Positions 40,801 to 53,640 are shown, counted from the first letter of the stretch. The stretch is 64,000 bases of DNA from Mayamaea pseudoterrestris (GCA_027923505.1 BROI01000010.1:992001-1056000); one strand, 5' to 3'. Made by a program: numbers and translations. The notes: generated by a model not told the origin, from the letters alone.

Positions 40801-43800
40801 GCCATGTATACACGAAATGACACCCAGAATATTGCCAACATCATTATTCAGGCGGCGCTACAAGATGGAATGCCTGGCTAGTTGTCTCAGGGGACTGCAA
40901 TGATATTGGTGACAACTTGTCACCAGTCTCAGCCTGAAGAGTCTGACATTCCACCCCTACAGCAGGCCATGTATACACCCAAAATGACATCAGAATGGTG
41001 CCAACATCATTGGTGCGCTACAAGATGGGGATCCTGGCTGGTGTCTCAGGTAGACAAGCAATGATTTGGTGGCACAACTTGTCACCAGTCTCTAGCCCTG
41101 CAGATGCCGTGACATTCAAATGCCCCTACAGCAGGCCATGTATACACCCAAATGACACCAGAATGGTGCCAACATCATTATTCAGGCTGCGCTACAAGAT
41201 GGTATGCCTGGCAAGTGTCTCAGGGGACAGCAATGATATTGGTGACAACTTGTCACCAGTCTCAGCCTGCAGATGCCGTGACATTCAAATGCCCCTACAG
41301 CAGCCCATGTATACACCAAATGACACCAGACTGGTGCCAACATTATTAATCAAGCTGCGCTACACGATGGTATGCCTGGCTAGTGTCTCAGGGGACGGCA
41401 ATGATATTGGTGACAACTTGTCACCAGTCTCAGCCTGCAGATGCCGTGACATTCAAACGCCCCTACAGCAGGCCATGTATACACCCAAATGACACCAGAA
41501 TGGTGCCAACATCATTATTCAAGCTGCGCTACAAGATGGTATGCCTGGCTAGTGTCTCAGGGGATGGCAATGATATTGGTGACAACTTGTCACCAGTCTC
41601 AGCCTGCAGATGCCGTGACATTCAAACGCCCCTACAGCAGGCCATGTATACACCCAAATGACACCAGAATGGTGCCAACATCATTATTCAGGCTGCGCAA
41701 CAAGATGGTATGCCTGGCTAGTGTCTCAGGGGACGGCAATGATATTGGTGACAACTTGTCACCAGTCTCAGCCCGCAGATGCCGTGACATTCAAACGCCC
41801 CTACAGCAGGCCATGTATACACCCAAATGACACCAGAATGGTGCCAACATCATTATTCAGGCTGCGCTACAAGATGGTATGCCTGGCTAGTGTCTCAGGG
41901 GACGGCAATGATATTGGTGACAACTTGTCACCAGTCTCAGCCTGCAGATGCCGTGACATTCAAACGCCCCTACAGCAGGCCATGTATGCAACCAAATAAC
42001 ACCAGAATGGTGCCAACATCATTATTCAGGCTGCGCTACAAGATGATATGCCTGGCTAGTGTCTTGGGGACGGCAATGATATTGGTGACAACTTGTCACC
42101 AGTCTCAGCCTGCAGATGCCGTGACATTCAACAGCAGGCCATGTATACACCCAAATGACACCAGAATGGTGCCAACATCATTATTCAGGCTGCGCTACAA
42201 GATGGTATGCCTGGCTAGTGTCTCAGGGGATGGCAATGATATTGGTGACAACTTGTCATCAGTCTCAGCCCGCAGATGCCGTGACATTCAAATGCCCCTA
42301 CAGCAGGCCATGTATACACCCAAATGACACCAGAATGGTGCCAACATCATTATTCAGGCTGCGCTACAAGATGGTATGCCTGGCTAGTGTCTCAGGGGAC
42401 GGCAATGATATTGGTGACAACTTGTCACCAGTCTCAGCCTGCAGATGCCGTGACATTCAAACGCCCCTACAGCAGGCCATGTATACACCCAAATGACACC
42501 AGAATGGTGCCAACATCATTATTCAGGCTGCGCTACAAGATTGTATGCCTGGCTAGTGTCTCAGGGGATTTCAATGATATTGGTGACAACTTGTCACCAG
42601 TCTCAGCCTGCAGATGCCGTGACATTCAAACGCCCCTACAGCAGGCCATGTATACACCCAAATGACACCAGAATGGTGCCAACATCATTATTCAGGCTGC
42701 GCTACAAGATGGTATGCCTGGCTAGTGTCTCAGGGGATGGCAATGATATTGGTGACAACTTGTCACCAGTCTCAGCCCGCAGATGCCGTGACATTCAAAC
42801 GCCCCTACAGCAGGCCATGTATGTGCTCAAAATGACACCAGAATGGTGCCAACATCATTATTCAGGCTGCGCTACAAGATGGTATGCCTGGCTAGTGTCT
42901 CAGGGGACGGCAATGATATTGGTGACAACTTGTCACCAGTCTCAGCCTGCAGATGCCGTGACATTCAAACGCCCCTACAGCAGGCCATGTATACACCCAA
43001 ATGACACCAGAATGGTGCCAACATCATTATTCAAGCTGCGCTACAAGATGGTATGCCTGGCTAGTGTCTCAGGGGACAGCAATGATATTGGTGACAACTT
43101 GTCACCAGTCTCAGCCTGCAGATGCCGTGACATTCAAACGCCCCTACAGCAGGCCATGTATACACCCAAATGACACCAGAATGTTGCCAACATCATTATT
43201 CAGGCTGCGCAACAAGATGGTATGCCTGGCTAGTGTCTCAGTCGGAAGCAATGATATTGGTGACAACTTGTCACCAGTCTCAGCCTGCAGATGCCGTGAC
43301 ATTCAAACGCCCCTACAGCAGGCCATGTATACACCCAAATGACACCAGAATGGTGCCAACATCATTATTCAGGCTGCGCTACAAGATGGTATGCCTGGCT
43401 AGTGTCTCAGGGGACGGCAACGATATTGGTGACAACTTGTCACCAGTCTCAGCCTGCAGATGCCGTGACATTCAAACGCCCCTACAGCAGGCCATGTATA
43501 CACCCAAATGACACCAGAATGGTGCCAACATCATTATTCAGGCTGCGCTACAAGATGGTATGCCTGGCTAGTGTCTCAGGGGACGGCAATGATATTGGTG
43601 ACAACTTGTCACCAGTCTCAGCCTGCAGATGCCGTGACATTCAAACGCCCCTACAGCAGGCCATGTATACACCCAAATGACACCAGAATGGTGCCAACAT
43701 CATTATTCAGGCTGCGCAACAAGATGGTATGCCTGGCTAGTGTCTCAGGGGACGGCAATGATATTGGTGACAACTTGTCACCAGTCTCAGCCCGCAGATG

Positions 43801-46800
43801 CCGTGACATTCAAACGCCCCTACAGCAGGCCATGTATACACCCAAATGACACCAGAATGGTGCCAACATCATTATTCAAGCTGCGCTACAAGATGGTATG
43901 CCTGGCTAGTGTCTCAGGGGACGGCAATGATATTGGTGACAACTTGTCACCAGTCTCAGCCTGCAGATGCCGTGACATTCAAACGCCCCTACAGCAGGCC
44001 ATGTATACAACCAAATGACACCAGAATGGTGCCAACATCATTATTCAGGCTGCGCTACAAGATGGTATGCCTGGCTATTGTCTCAGGGGATATTGGTGAC
44101 AACTTGTCACCAGTCTCAGCCTGCAGATGCCGTGACATTCAAACACACCTACAGCAGGCCATGTATACAACCAAATGATACCAGAATGGTGCCAACATCA
44201 TTATTCAGGCTGCGCAACAAGATGGTATGCCTGGCTAGTGTCTCAGGGGACGGCAATGATATTGGTGACAACTTGTCACCAGTCTCAGCCTGCAGATGCC
44301 GTGACATTCAAACGCCCCTACAGCAGGCCATGTATACACCCAAATGACACCAGAATGGTGCCAACATCATTATTCAGGCTGCGCTACAAGATGGTATGCC
44401 TGGCTAGTGTCTCAGGGGACGGCAATGATATTGGTGACAACTTGTCACCAGTCTCAGCCTGCAGATGCCGTGACATTCAAACGCCCCTACAGCAGGCCAT
44501 GTATACACCCAAATGACACCAGAATGGTGCCAACATCATTATTCAGGCTGCGCTACAAGATGGTATGCCTGGCTAGTGTCTCAGGGGACGGCAATGATAT
44601 TGGTGACAACTTGTCACCAGTCTCAGCCTGCAGATGCCGTGACATTCAAACGCCCCTACAGCAGGCCATGTATACACCCAAATGACACCAGAATGGTGCC
44701 AACATCATTATTCAGGCTGCGCTACAAGATGGTATGCCTGGCTAGTGTCTCAGGGGACGGCAATGATATTGGTGACAACTTGTCACCAGTCTCAGCCTGC
44801 AGATGCCGTGACATTCAAACGCCCCTACAGCAGGCCATGTATACACCCAAATGACACCAGAATGGTGCCAACATCATTATTCAGGCTGCGCTACAAGATG
44901 GTATGCCTGGCTAGTGTCTCAGGGGACGGCAATGATATTGGTGACAACTTGTCACCAGTCTCAGCCTGCAGATGCCGTGACATTCAAACGCCCCTACAGC
45001 AGGCCATGTATACAACCAAATGATACCAGAATGGTGCCAACATCATTATTCAGGCTGCGCTACAAGATGGTATGCCTGGCTAGTGTCTCAGGGGACGGCA
45101 ATGATATTGGTGACAACTTGTCACCAGTCTCAGCCTGCAGATGCCGTGACATTCAAACACCCCTTCAGCAGGCCATGTATACACTCAAATGACACCAGAA
45201 TGGTGCCAACATCATTATTCAGGCTGCGCTACAAGATGGTATGCCTGGCTAGTGTCTCAGGGGATGGCAATGATATTGGTGACAACTTGTCACCAGTCTC
45301 AGCCCGCAGATGCCGTGACATTCAAACGCCCCTACAGCAGGCCATGTATACACCCAAATGACACCAGAATGGTGCCAACATCATTATTCAGGCTGCGCAA
45401 CAAGATGGTATGCCTGGCTAGTGTCTCAGGGGACGGCAATGATATTGGTGACAACTTGTCACCAGTCTCAGCCTGCAGATGCCGTGACATTCAAACGCCC
45501 CTACAGCAGGCCATGTATACACCCAAATGACACCAGAATGGTGCCAACATCATTATTCAGGCTGCGCTACAAGATGGTATGCCTGGCTAGTGTCTCAGGG
45601 GACGGCAATGATATTGGTGACAACTTGTCACCAGTCTCAGCCCTGCAGATGCCGTGACATTCAAACGCCCCTACAGCAGGCCATGTAACCCAAAATGACA
45701 CCAGAATGGTGCCAACATCATTATTCAGGCTGCGCTACAAGATGGTATGCCTGGCTAGTGTCTCAGGGGACGGCAATGATATTGGTGACAACTTGTCACC
45801 AGTCTCAGCCTGCAGATGCCGTGACATTCAAACGCCCCTACAGCAGGCCATGTATACACCCAAATGACACCAGAATGGTGCCAACATCATTATTCAGGCT
45901 GCGCTACAAGATGGTATGCCTGGCTAGTGTCTCAGGGGACGGCAATGATATTGGTGACAACTTGTCACCAGTCTCAGCCTGCAGATGCCGTGACATTCAA
46001 ACGCCCCTACAGCAGGCCCTGTAGATGCCCAAAAGACACCAGAATGGTGCCAACATCATTATTCAGGCTGCGCAACAAGATGGTATGCCTGGCTAGTGTC
46101 TCAGGGGACGGCAATGATATTGGTGACAACTTGTCACCAGTCTCAGCCCGCAGATGCCGTGACATTCAAACGCCCCTACAGCAGGCCATGTATACACCCA
46201 AATGACACCAGAATGGTGCCAACATCATTATTCAGGCTGCGCTACAAGATGGTATGCCTGGCTAGTGTCTCAGGGGACGGTAATGATATTGGTGACAACT
46301 TGTCACCAGTCTCAGCCTGCAGATGCCGTGACATTCAAACGCCCCTACAGCAGGCCATGTATACACCCAAATGACACCAGAATGGTGCCAACATCATTAT
46401 TCAGGCTGCGCTACAAGATGGTATGCCTGGCTAGTGTCTCAGGGGACGGCAATGATATTGGTGACAACTTGTCACCAGTCTCAGCCTGCAGATGCCGTGA
46501 CATTCAAACGCCCCTACAGCAGGCCATGTATACACCCAAATGACACCAGAATGGTGCCAACATCATTATTCAGGCTGCGCAACAAGATGGTATGCCTGGC
46601 TAGTGTCTCAGGGGACGGCAATGATATTGGTGACAACTTGTCACCAGTCTCAGCCTGCAGATGCCGTGACATTCAAACGCCCCTACAGCAGGCCATGTAG
46701 ACGCCCAAATGACACCAGAATGGTGCCAACATCATTATTCAGGCTGCGCTACAAGATGGTATGCCTGGCTAGTGTCTCAGGGGACGGCAATGATATTGGT

Positions 46801-49800
46801 GACAACTTGTCACCAGTCTCAGCCTGCAGATGCCGTGACATTCAAACGCCCCTACAGCAAGCCGTGTACCACCCAAAACTACACAAGAATGGTGCCAACT
46901 TCATTACTCAGGCTGCGCTACAACATGGTATGCCTGGCTAGTGTCTCAGGGGACGGCAATGATATTGGTGACAACTTGTCACCAGTCTCAGCCTGCAGAT
47001 GCCGTGACATTCAAACGCCCCTACAGCAGGCCATGGTACACCCCAAATGACACCAGAATGGTGCCAACATCATTATTCAGGCTGCGCTACAAGATGGTAT
47101 GCCTGGCTAGTGTCTCAGGGGACGGCAATGATATTGGTGACAACTTGTCACCAGTCTCAGCCCGCAGATGCCGTGACATTCAAACGCCCCTACAGCAGGC
47201 CATGTATACACCCAAATGACACCAGAATGGTGCCAACATCATTATTCAGGCTGCGCTACAAGATGGTATGCCTGGCTAGTGTCTCAGGGGACGGCAATGA
47301 TATTGGTGACAACTTGTCACCAGTCTCAGCCTGCAGATGCCGTGACATTCAAACGCCCCTACAGCAGGCCCTGTAGGTGCCCAAATGACACCAGAATGGT
47401 GCCAACATCATTATTCAGGCTGCGCTACAAGATGGTATGCCTGGCTAGTGTCTCAGGGGACGGCAATGATATTGGTGACAACTTGTCACCAGTCTCAGCC
47501 TGCAGATGCCGTGACTTTCAAATGCCCCTACAGCAGGCCATGTATACCCAAAATGACACCAGAATGGTGCCAACATCATTATTCAGGCTGCGCTACAAGA
47601 TGGTATGCCTGGCTAGTGTCTCAGGGGACGGCAATGATATTGGTGACAACTTGTCACCAGTCTCAGCCTGCAGATGCCGTGACATTCAAACGCCCCTACA
47701 GCAGGCCATGTATACACCCAAATGACACCAGAATGGTGCCAACATCATTATTCAGGCTGCGCTACAAGATGGTATGCCTGGCTAGTGTCTCAGGGGACGG
47801 CAATGATATTGGTGACAACTTGTCACCAGTCTCAGCCTGCAGATGCCGTGACATTCAAACGCCCCTACAGCAGGCCATGTAGTACACCAAAATGACACCA
47901 GAATGGTGCCAACATCATTATTCAGGCTGCGCTACAAGATGGTATGCCTGGCTAGTGTCTCAGGGGACAGCAATGATATTGGTGACAACTTGTCACCAGT
48001 CTCAGCCCGCAGATGCCGTGACATTCAAACGCCCCTACAGCAGGCCCTGTAGGCGCCCAAATTACACCAGAATGGTGCCAACATCATTATTCAGGCTGCG
48101 CTACAAGATGGTATGCCTGGCTAGTGTCTCAGGGGACGGCAATGATATTGGTGACAACTTGTCACCAGTCTCAGCCTGCAGATGCCGTGACATTCAAACG
48201 CCCCTACAGCAGGCCATGTAGGTGCCCAAATGACACCAGAATGGTGCCAACATCATTATTCAGGCTGCGCTACAAGATGGTATGCCTGGCTAGTGTCTCA
48301 GGGGATGGCAATGATATTGGTGACAACTTGTCACCAGTCTCAGCCCGCAGATGCCGTGACATTCAAAAGCCCCTACAGCAGGCCATGTATACACCCAAAT
48401 TACACCAGAATGGTGCCAACATCATTATTCAGGCTGCGCTACAAGATGGTATGCCTGGCTAGTGTCTCAGGGGACGGCAATGATATTGGTGACAACTTGT
48501 CACCAGTCTCAGCCTGCAGATGCCGTGACATTCAAACGCCCCTACAGCAGGCCATGTATACACCCAAATGACACCAGAATGGTGCCAACATCATTATTCA
48601 GGCTGCGCTACAAGATGGTATGCCTGGCTAGTGTCTCAGGGGACGGCAATGATATTGGTGACAACTTGTCACCAGTCTCAGCCTGCAGATGCCGTGACAT
48701 TCAAACGCCCCTACAGCAGGCCATGTATACACCAAAATGACACCAGAATGGTGCCAACATCATTATTCAGGCTGCGCTACAAGATGGTATGCCTGGCTAG
48801 TGTCTCAGGGGACGGCAATGATATTGGTGACAACTTGTCACCAGTCTCAGCCTGCAGATGCCGTGACATTCAAACGCCCCTACAGCAGGCCATGTATACA
48901 CCCAAATGACACCAGAATGGTGCCAACATCATTATACAAACTGCGCCTCAAGAAGGTATGCCTAGCTATTGTCTCAGGGGACAGCAATGATATTGGTGAC
49001 AACTTGTCACCAGTCTCAGCCTGCAGATGCCGTGACATTCAAACGCCCCTACAGCAGGCCATGTATACACCCAAATGACAGAATGGTGCCAACATCATTA
49101 TTCAAGCTGCGCTACAAGATGGTATGCCTGGCTAGTGTCTCAGGGGACGGCAATGATATTGGTGACAACTTGTCACCAGTCTCAGCCTGCAGATGCCGTG
49201 ACATTCAAACGCCCCTACAGCAGGCCATGTAGATACACCCAAATGACACCAGAATGGTGCCAACATCATTATTCAGGCTGCGCTACAAGATGGTATGCCT
49301 GGCTAGTGTCTCAGGGGACGGCAATGATATTGGTGACAACTTGTCACCAGTCTCAGCCTGCAGATGCCGTGACATTCAAACGCCCCTACAGCAGGCCTGG
49401 TATGATCTCAAAATCCACGAGAATGGTGCCAACATCATTATTCAGGCTGCGCTACAAGATGGTATGCCTGGCTAGTGTCTCAGGGGACGGCAATGATATT
49501 GGTGACAACTTGTCACCAGTCTCAGCCTGCAGATGCCGTGACATTCAAACGCCCCTACAGCAGGCCATGTATACACCCAAATGACACCAGAATGGTGCCA
49601 ACATCATTATTCAGGCTGCGCAACAAGATGGTATGCCTGGCTAGTGTCTCAGGGGATGGCAATGATATTGGTGACAACTTGTCACCAGTCTCAGCCTGCA
49701 GATGCCGTGACATTCAAACGCCCCTACAGCAGGCCATGTATACAACCAAATGACACCAGAATGGTGCCAACATCATTATTCAGGCTGCGCTACAAGATGG

Positions 49801-50863
49801 TATGCCTGGCTAGTGTCTCAGGGGATGGCAATGATATTGGTGACAACTTGTCACCAGTCTCAGCCTGCAGATGCCGTGACATTCAAACGCCCCATACAGC
49901 AGGCCATGTATACACCCAAATGACACCAGAATGGTGCCAACATCATTATTCAGGCTGCGCTACAAGATGGTATGCCTGGCTAGTGTCTCAGGGGACGGCA
50001 ATGATATTGGTGACAACTTGTCACCAGTCTCAGCCCGCAGATGCCGTGACATTCAAACGCCCCTACAGCAGGCCATGTATACACCCAAATGACACCAGAA
50101 TGGTGCCAACATCATTATTCAAGCTGCGCTACAAGATGGTATGCCTGGCTAGTGTCTCAGGGGATGGCAATGATATTGGTGACAACTTGTCACCAGTCTC
50201 AGCCTGCAGATGCCGTGACATTCAAACGCCCCTACCGTACAGCAGGCCATGTATACACCCAAATGACACCAGAATGGTGCCAACATCATTATTCAGGCTG
50301 CGCTACAAGATGGTATGCCTGGCTAGTGTCTCAGGGGACAGCAATGATATTGGTGACAACTTGTCACCAGTCTCAGCCTGCAGATGCCGTGACATTCAAA
50401 CGCCCCTAGAACAGGCCATGAGTATACCCAAATGACACCAGAATGGTGCCAACATCATTATTCAGGCTGCGCTACAAGATGGTATGCCTGGCTAGTGTCT
50501 CAGGGGACGGTAATGATATTGGTGACAACTTGTCACCAGTCTCAGCCTGCAGATGCCGTGACATTCAAATGCCCCTACAGCAGGCCATGTATACACCCAA
50601 ATGACACCAGAATGGTGCCAACATCATTATTCAGGCTGCGCTACAAGATGGTATGCCTGGCTAGTGTCTCAGGGGATGGCAATGATATTGGTGACAACTT
50701 GTCACCAGTCTCAGCCCGCAGATGCCATGACATTCAAATGCCCCTACAGCAGGCCATGTATACACCCAAATGACACCAGAATGGTGCCAACATCATTATT
50801 CAGGCTGCGCAACAAGATGGTATGCCTGGCTAGTGTCTCAGGGGACGGCAATGATATTGGTGA
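31881..50863 (+). repeat. Satellite C array: 169-bp monomer, about 112 copies
   Basis: atgacaccagaatggtgcc recurs at 32052, 32221, 32390, 32559 (period 169). Homogeneous at 31.9-34 kb and 41.1-50.8 kb, indel-rich between. Confidence 0.97.
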
Positions 50864-51874
50864 TGCCCTGGCCACCCAACAACCCAATGAGTCAGGCAAA
50901 ACATGTCCAGGGTGTGCCATTGACATGAGGATGGGCTGACATGGTGCAAAACGGACTGGAGGCCTACGCCATCTGCAAAATGGGTGTGGCCAACACCCCA
51001 AATTATGGAATCATACCACTACAATGTCCCGTCCCCTGATCACCCAACAACCCAATGAGTCATGCAAAACATGTCCAGGGTGTGCCATTGACATGAGGAT
51101 GGTCGGACATGGTACAAAACGGACTGCCTGGAGGCCTACAGCATGGAATGGTCTACAAGATGGGTGTGGCCAACACCCCAAATTATGGAATCATACCACT
51201 ACAATGCCCCATCCCCTGATCACCCAACAACCCAATGAGTCATGCAAAACATGTCCAGGGTGTGCCATTGACATGAGGATGGGCTGAAATAGTACAAAAC
51301 GGACTGCCTGGAGGCCTACAGCATGGAATGGTCTACAAGATGGGTGTGGCCAACACCCCAAATTATGGAATCATACCACTACAATGCCCCATGCCCTGGC
51401 CACCCAACAACCCAATGAGTCAGGCAAAACATGTCCAGGGTGTGCCATTGACATGAGGATGGGCTGAAATGGTGCAAAACGGACTGCCTGGAGGCCTACA
51501 CCATCTGCAAAATGGGTGTGGCCAACACCCCAAATTATGGAATCATACCACTACAATGCCCCGTCCCCTGATCTCCCAACAACCCAATGAGTCATGCAAA
51601 ACATGTCCAGGGTGTGCCATTGACATAAGGATGGTCTGACATGGTGCAAAACGGACTGCCTGGAGGCCTACAGCATGGAATGGTCAAAAAGATGATTGTG
51701 GCCAACACCCCAAATTATGGAATCATACCACTACAATGCCCCAAGCCCTGGCCACCCAACAACCCAATGAGTCAGGCAAAACATGTCCAGGGTGTGCCAT
51801 TGACATGAGGATGGGCTGAAATGGTGCAAAACAGACTGCCTGGAGACCTACACCTTCTGCAAAATGGGTGTGGC
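50864..51874 (+). repeat. Short, more diverged Satellite B block (about 6 monomers)
   Basis: Same 180/172 monomers as 1131-31260, with extra substitutions and irregular order (short-long-long-short-long-short). Confidence 0.92.
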
Positions 51875-52080
51875 TAGCAGGTATGCAACAGAAAGTAGTA
51901 TCACTATGCCGTTAAAAGTAGCGCACCTCGGAATCGAACCAAGGATAACCGGCTATATCACCTCTAAACACGCTGCTACTTTTCCGTCTGCTAGTGTACT
52001 ATATGCTGCATACAAGGCACCATGCACTATGACAAGTAAAGGTATCGCTCTGGTTGCTGTTTTTCGTGTGCAACCTGCTA
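51875..52080 (-). mobile_element. Putative LTR (206 bp) with TA...TA termini
   Basis: Starts exactly where the satellite stops. Terminal inverted repeat tagcaggtatgca / tgcaacctgcta. Preceded on the minus strand by the purine tract aggggag (52081-52087). Its first ~30 nt resemble those of the 52413-52659 LTR. Confidence 0.65.
51919..52000 (-). pseudogene. Degenerate type II tRNA-like sequence (Leu, TAG-like) / Pol III A+B box cassette inside the putative LTR
   Basis: Minus strand, 82 nt: acceptor agtacac/gtgcgct, T8-A9, perfect B box ggttcgattcc in a 5-bp T stem (cttgg/ccgag), paired variable arm atagc-cg-gttat, tttag at nt 33-37, discriminator A, then ctttt. The anticodon stem does not pair. 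Confidence 0.4.
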
Positions 52081-52412
52081 CTCCCCTAGCTTTGCGCGTC
52101 ATAGTGCTAACTCGTCTTCCGTTTCAGCTGGCATTTTCGTCTCGCGGGGGAATGTCACTTTTCAGTTTTTCCTGCGGCGTTTCGGGCTCGGCGCATCTTT
52201 GTGCACTCCCCAGGGTCCGCGACTCCCCATCGTTCGTTCGTGACAAACCCGTGCAACCAGTGAATTTTTGCTTTTTCTTCGCTTGATTCGATCGCAACTC
52301 GAACCAGCAGCCTCAGTCCAGATCTCTCGATAGGGACGCTACCATATTGTAACTTGTAAATCAAATCGTTGCACCTTTCGCTTGTAGCTGTCCTTGGATG
52401 GCCAATCCAAGC

Positions 52413-52659
52413 TTGCAGTTGCTACAATACGAGAGACGAATAAATCGCTTTCTTAACTCTTCAAGCTTAGTAAGTCTGCTTGTTTCTACTCTATATCGCA
52501 CTAGTTTCAGCAATATACTTGTTGAATCGCTTCGAAGCCGTCGCTGCCACGCATCACGCGATCGTGAGGCTGTGGTGAGCCGCGAGTGCCGCTGTGTCAC
52601 CCTATCGGACATTCGGTGTGACTTGCCCGATTTTCGCTGTTTTCGTTCGCATCCTGCAA
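52413..52659 (-). mobile_element. Putative 3' LTR (247 bp) of the minus-strand Copia element, TT...AA termini
   Basis: Lies immediately after the RNase H stop (52677) and the PPT gaggggag. Bounded by the inverted repeat ttgcagttgc / gcatcctgcaa. Confidence 0.65.
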
Positions 52660-52667
52660 CTCCCCTC
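52660..52667 (-). other. Polypurine tract (gaggggag)
   Basis: Purine run between the pol stop codon and the LTR, the canonical position in Copia elements. Confidence 0.7.
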
Positions 52668-52676
52668 AAGTCATAC

Positions 52677-53640
52677 CTAATAGTTAGATTCCTTGAAGAG
52701 CAGGTTCTTTAAGTGCTTGCTTGCCGTAGCCCGTGGAAGAAACTTGGTAAGTACATCCGCCGGGTTTGTCGTTCCCATGATGTGGTTGAAATTAATAATT
52801 CCCGCCGCAATCGCTTCGCGTACACGGTGAAATGCCAGTGCATTGTGTCGCTTCGTCAGACTAGAGTGCGGTAGGTTGCTGCTTTGCGTTACCGACTTGT
52901 TGTCTCCAAACATCCATGAAGGTCCGTCGAGCGGAACTCCCAACATGCGTAGCGTGAAGCGAAGATCCATGATCTGCTCCGTGCTCACTCTCGCTGCTAC
53001 AAACTCCGAGCCGTACGTCGCCGTCTCGACCGTCGCTTGGCGTTTCGAAAACCAATCAACGACTGTTCCATTCAACATGTGTAGCATGCCCATCGCTGCC
53101 CGTCCCGTCGTGTAATCGTGGTACAGGTTCGCATCTTCGAACGTTGACATTCGCACCGCCTTGCCGCGCGGCGTGGGCATGTTCCACGGAAGCTCTTCGC
53201 AGATCTTGCCGTACACACTGTAATCCCAATCCATCTTGTCAACTGTCGCGTATCGCTCGTCCGTTGGAATCGAAACGTTGAATCGAATCGCTCCATCCGG
53301 GTATCTTCGTAAGTATCCGCAAATATGCTTCAACCGTTCCAAGTGCCCCGCTCGTGGCGCAGCTCGGAATCTCCCCATAGTCATGACAGCACAGTGAATG
53401 TCGAATCGACGCCAAACTTACTGCCCATTGCAACGCACCAATTATCGATTGATACTTGCGAATTCCGTCGTCGTCAAGTTCTTTCGTTCTCTGTCGGAGT
53501 TCCGATGATCGCCCGTCAGTAGTGGACTTGTCTCGCGGTCGGCGGTTCCTCGCCGAACATTTTCTTTGTAGTTCGCTAGTAGTCTTGTGACGTACTTCTT
53601 CGCTCGACAGAGTATGCGCCGTCCAAGCGGAGCCAGGCCA
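52677..53640 (-). pseudogene. pol: Ty1/Copia pol remnant: RT C-terminus (frameshifted) and RNase H
   Basis: ORF 52677-53384 has FEDANL, VDWFSKRQATVETATYGSEFVAA, FGDNKSV, HRVREAIAAG and NPADVLTK. Upstream frames give KYQSIIGALQWAVSL and KKYVTRLLANYKE with several frameshifts. Truncated at about 53640. Confidence 0.9.

Noticed and set aside
31881..50863. CRISPR-like array suggested by the regularly spaced palindrome
   Set aside because: The sequence between the palindromes is also repeated (no unique spacers), there are no cas genes, and the context is eukaryotic.
1131..50863. Tandem 5S rRNA, tRNA or snRNA gene arrays
   Set aside because: No recognisable 5S, tRNA B-box or snRNA motifs in any monomer by eye. 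An Rfam scan would be the definitive test.
1..51874. Numerous 60-280 aa ORFs in the satellites (e.g. MTPEWCQHHYSG..., MVQNGLPGG...)
   Set aside because: They are translations of tandem repeats whose periods (169, 181, 352) are not multiples of 3. ORF lengths depend on chance indels and show no recognisable domains.
51919..52000. Functional tRNA gene
   Set aside because: The anticodon stem (gcgtg/gtgat) cannot pair and the D arm is defective. It is kept only as a tRNA-like relic.
51864..52712. ORFs 51864-52286, 52155-52364, 52361-52669 and 52398-52712
   Set aside because: They overlap LTR-like non-coding modules and have no recognisable motifs.
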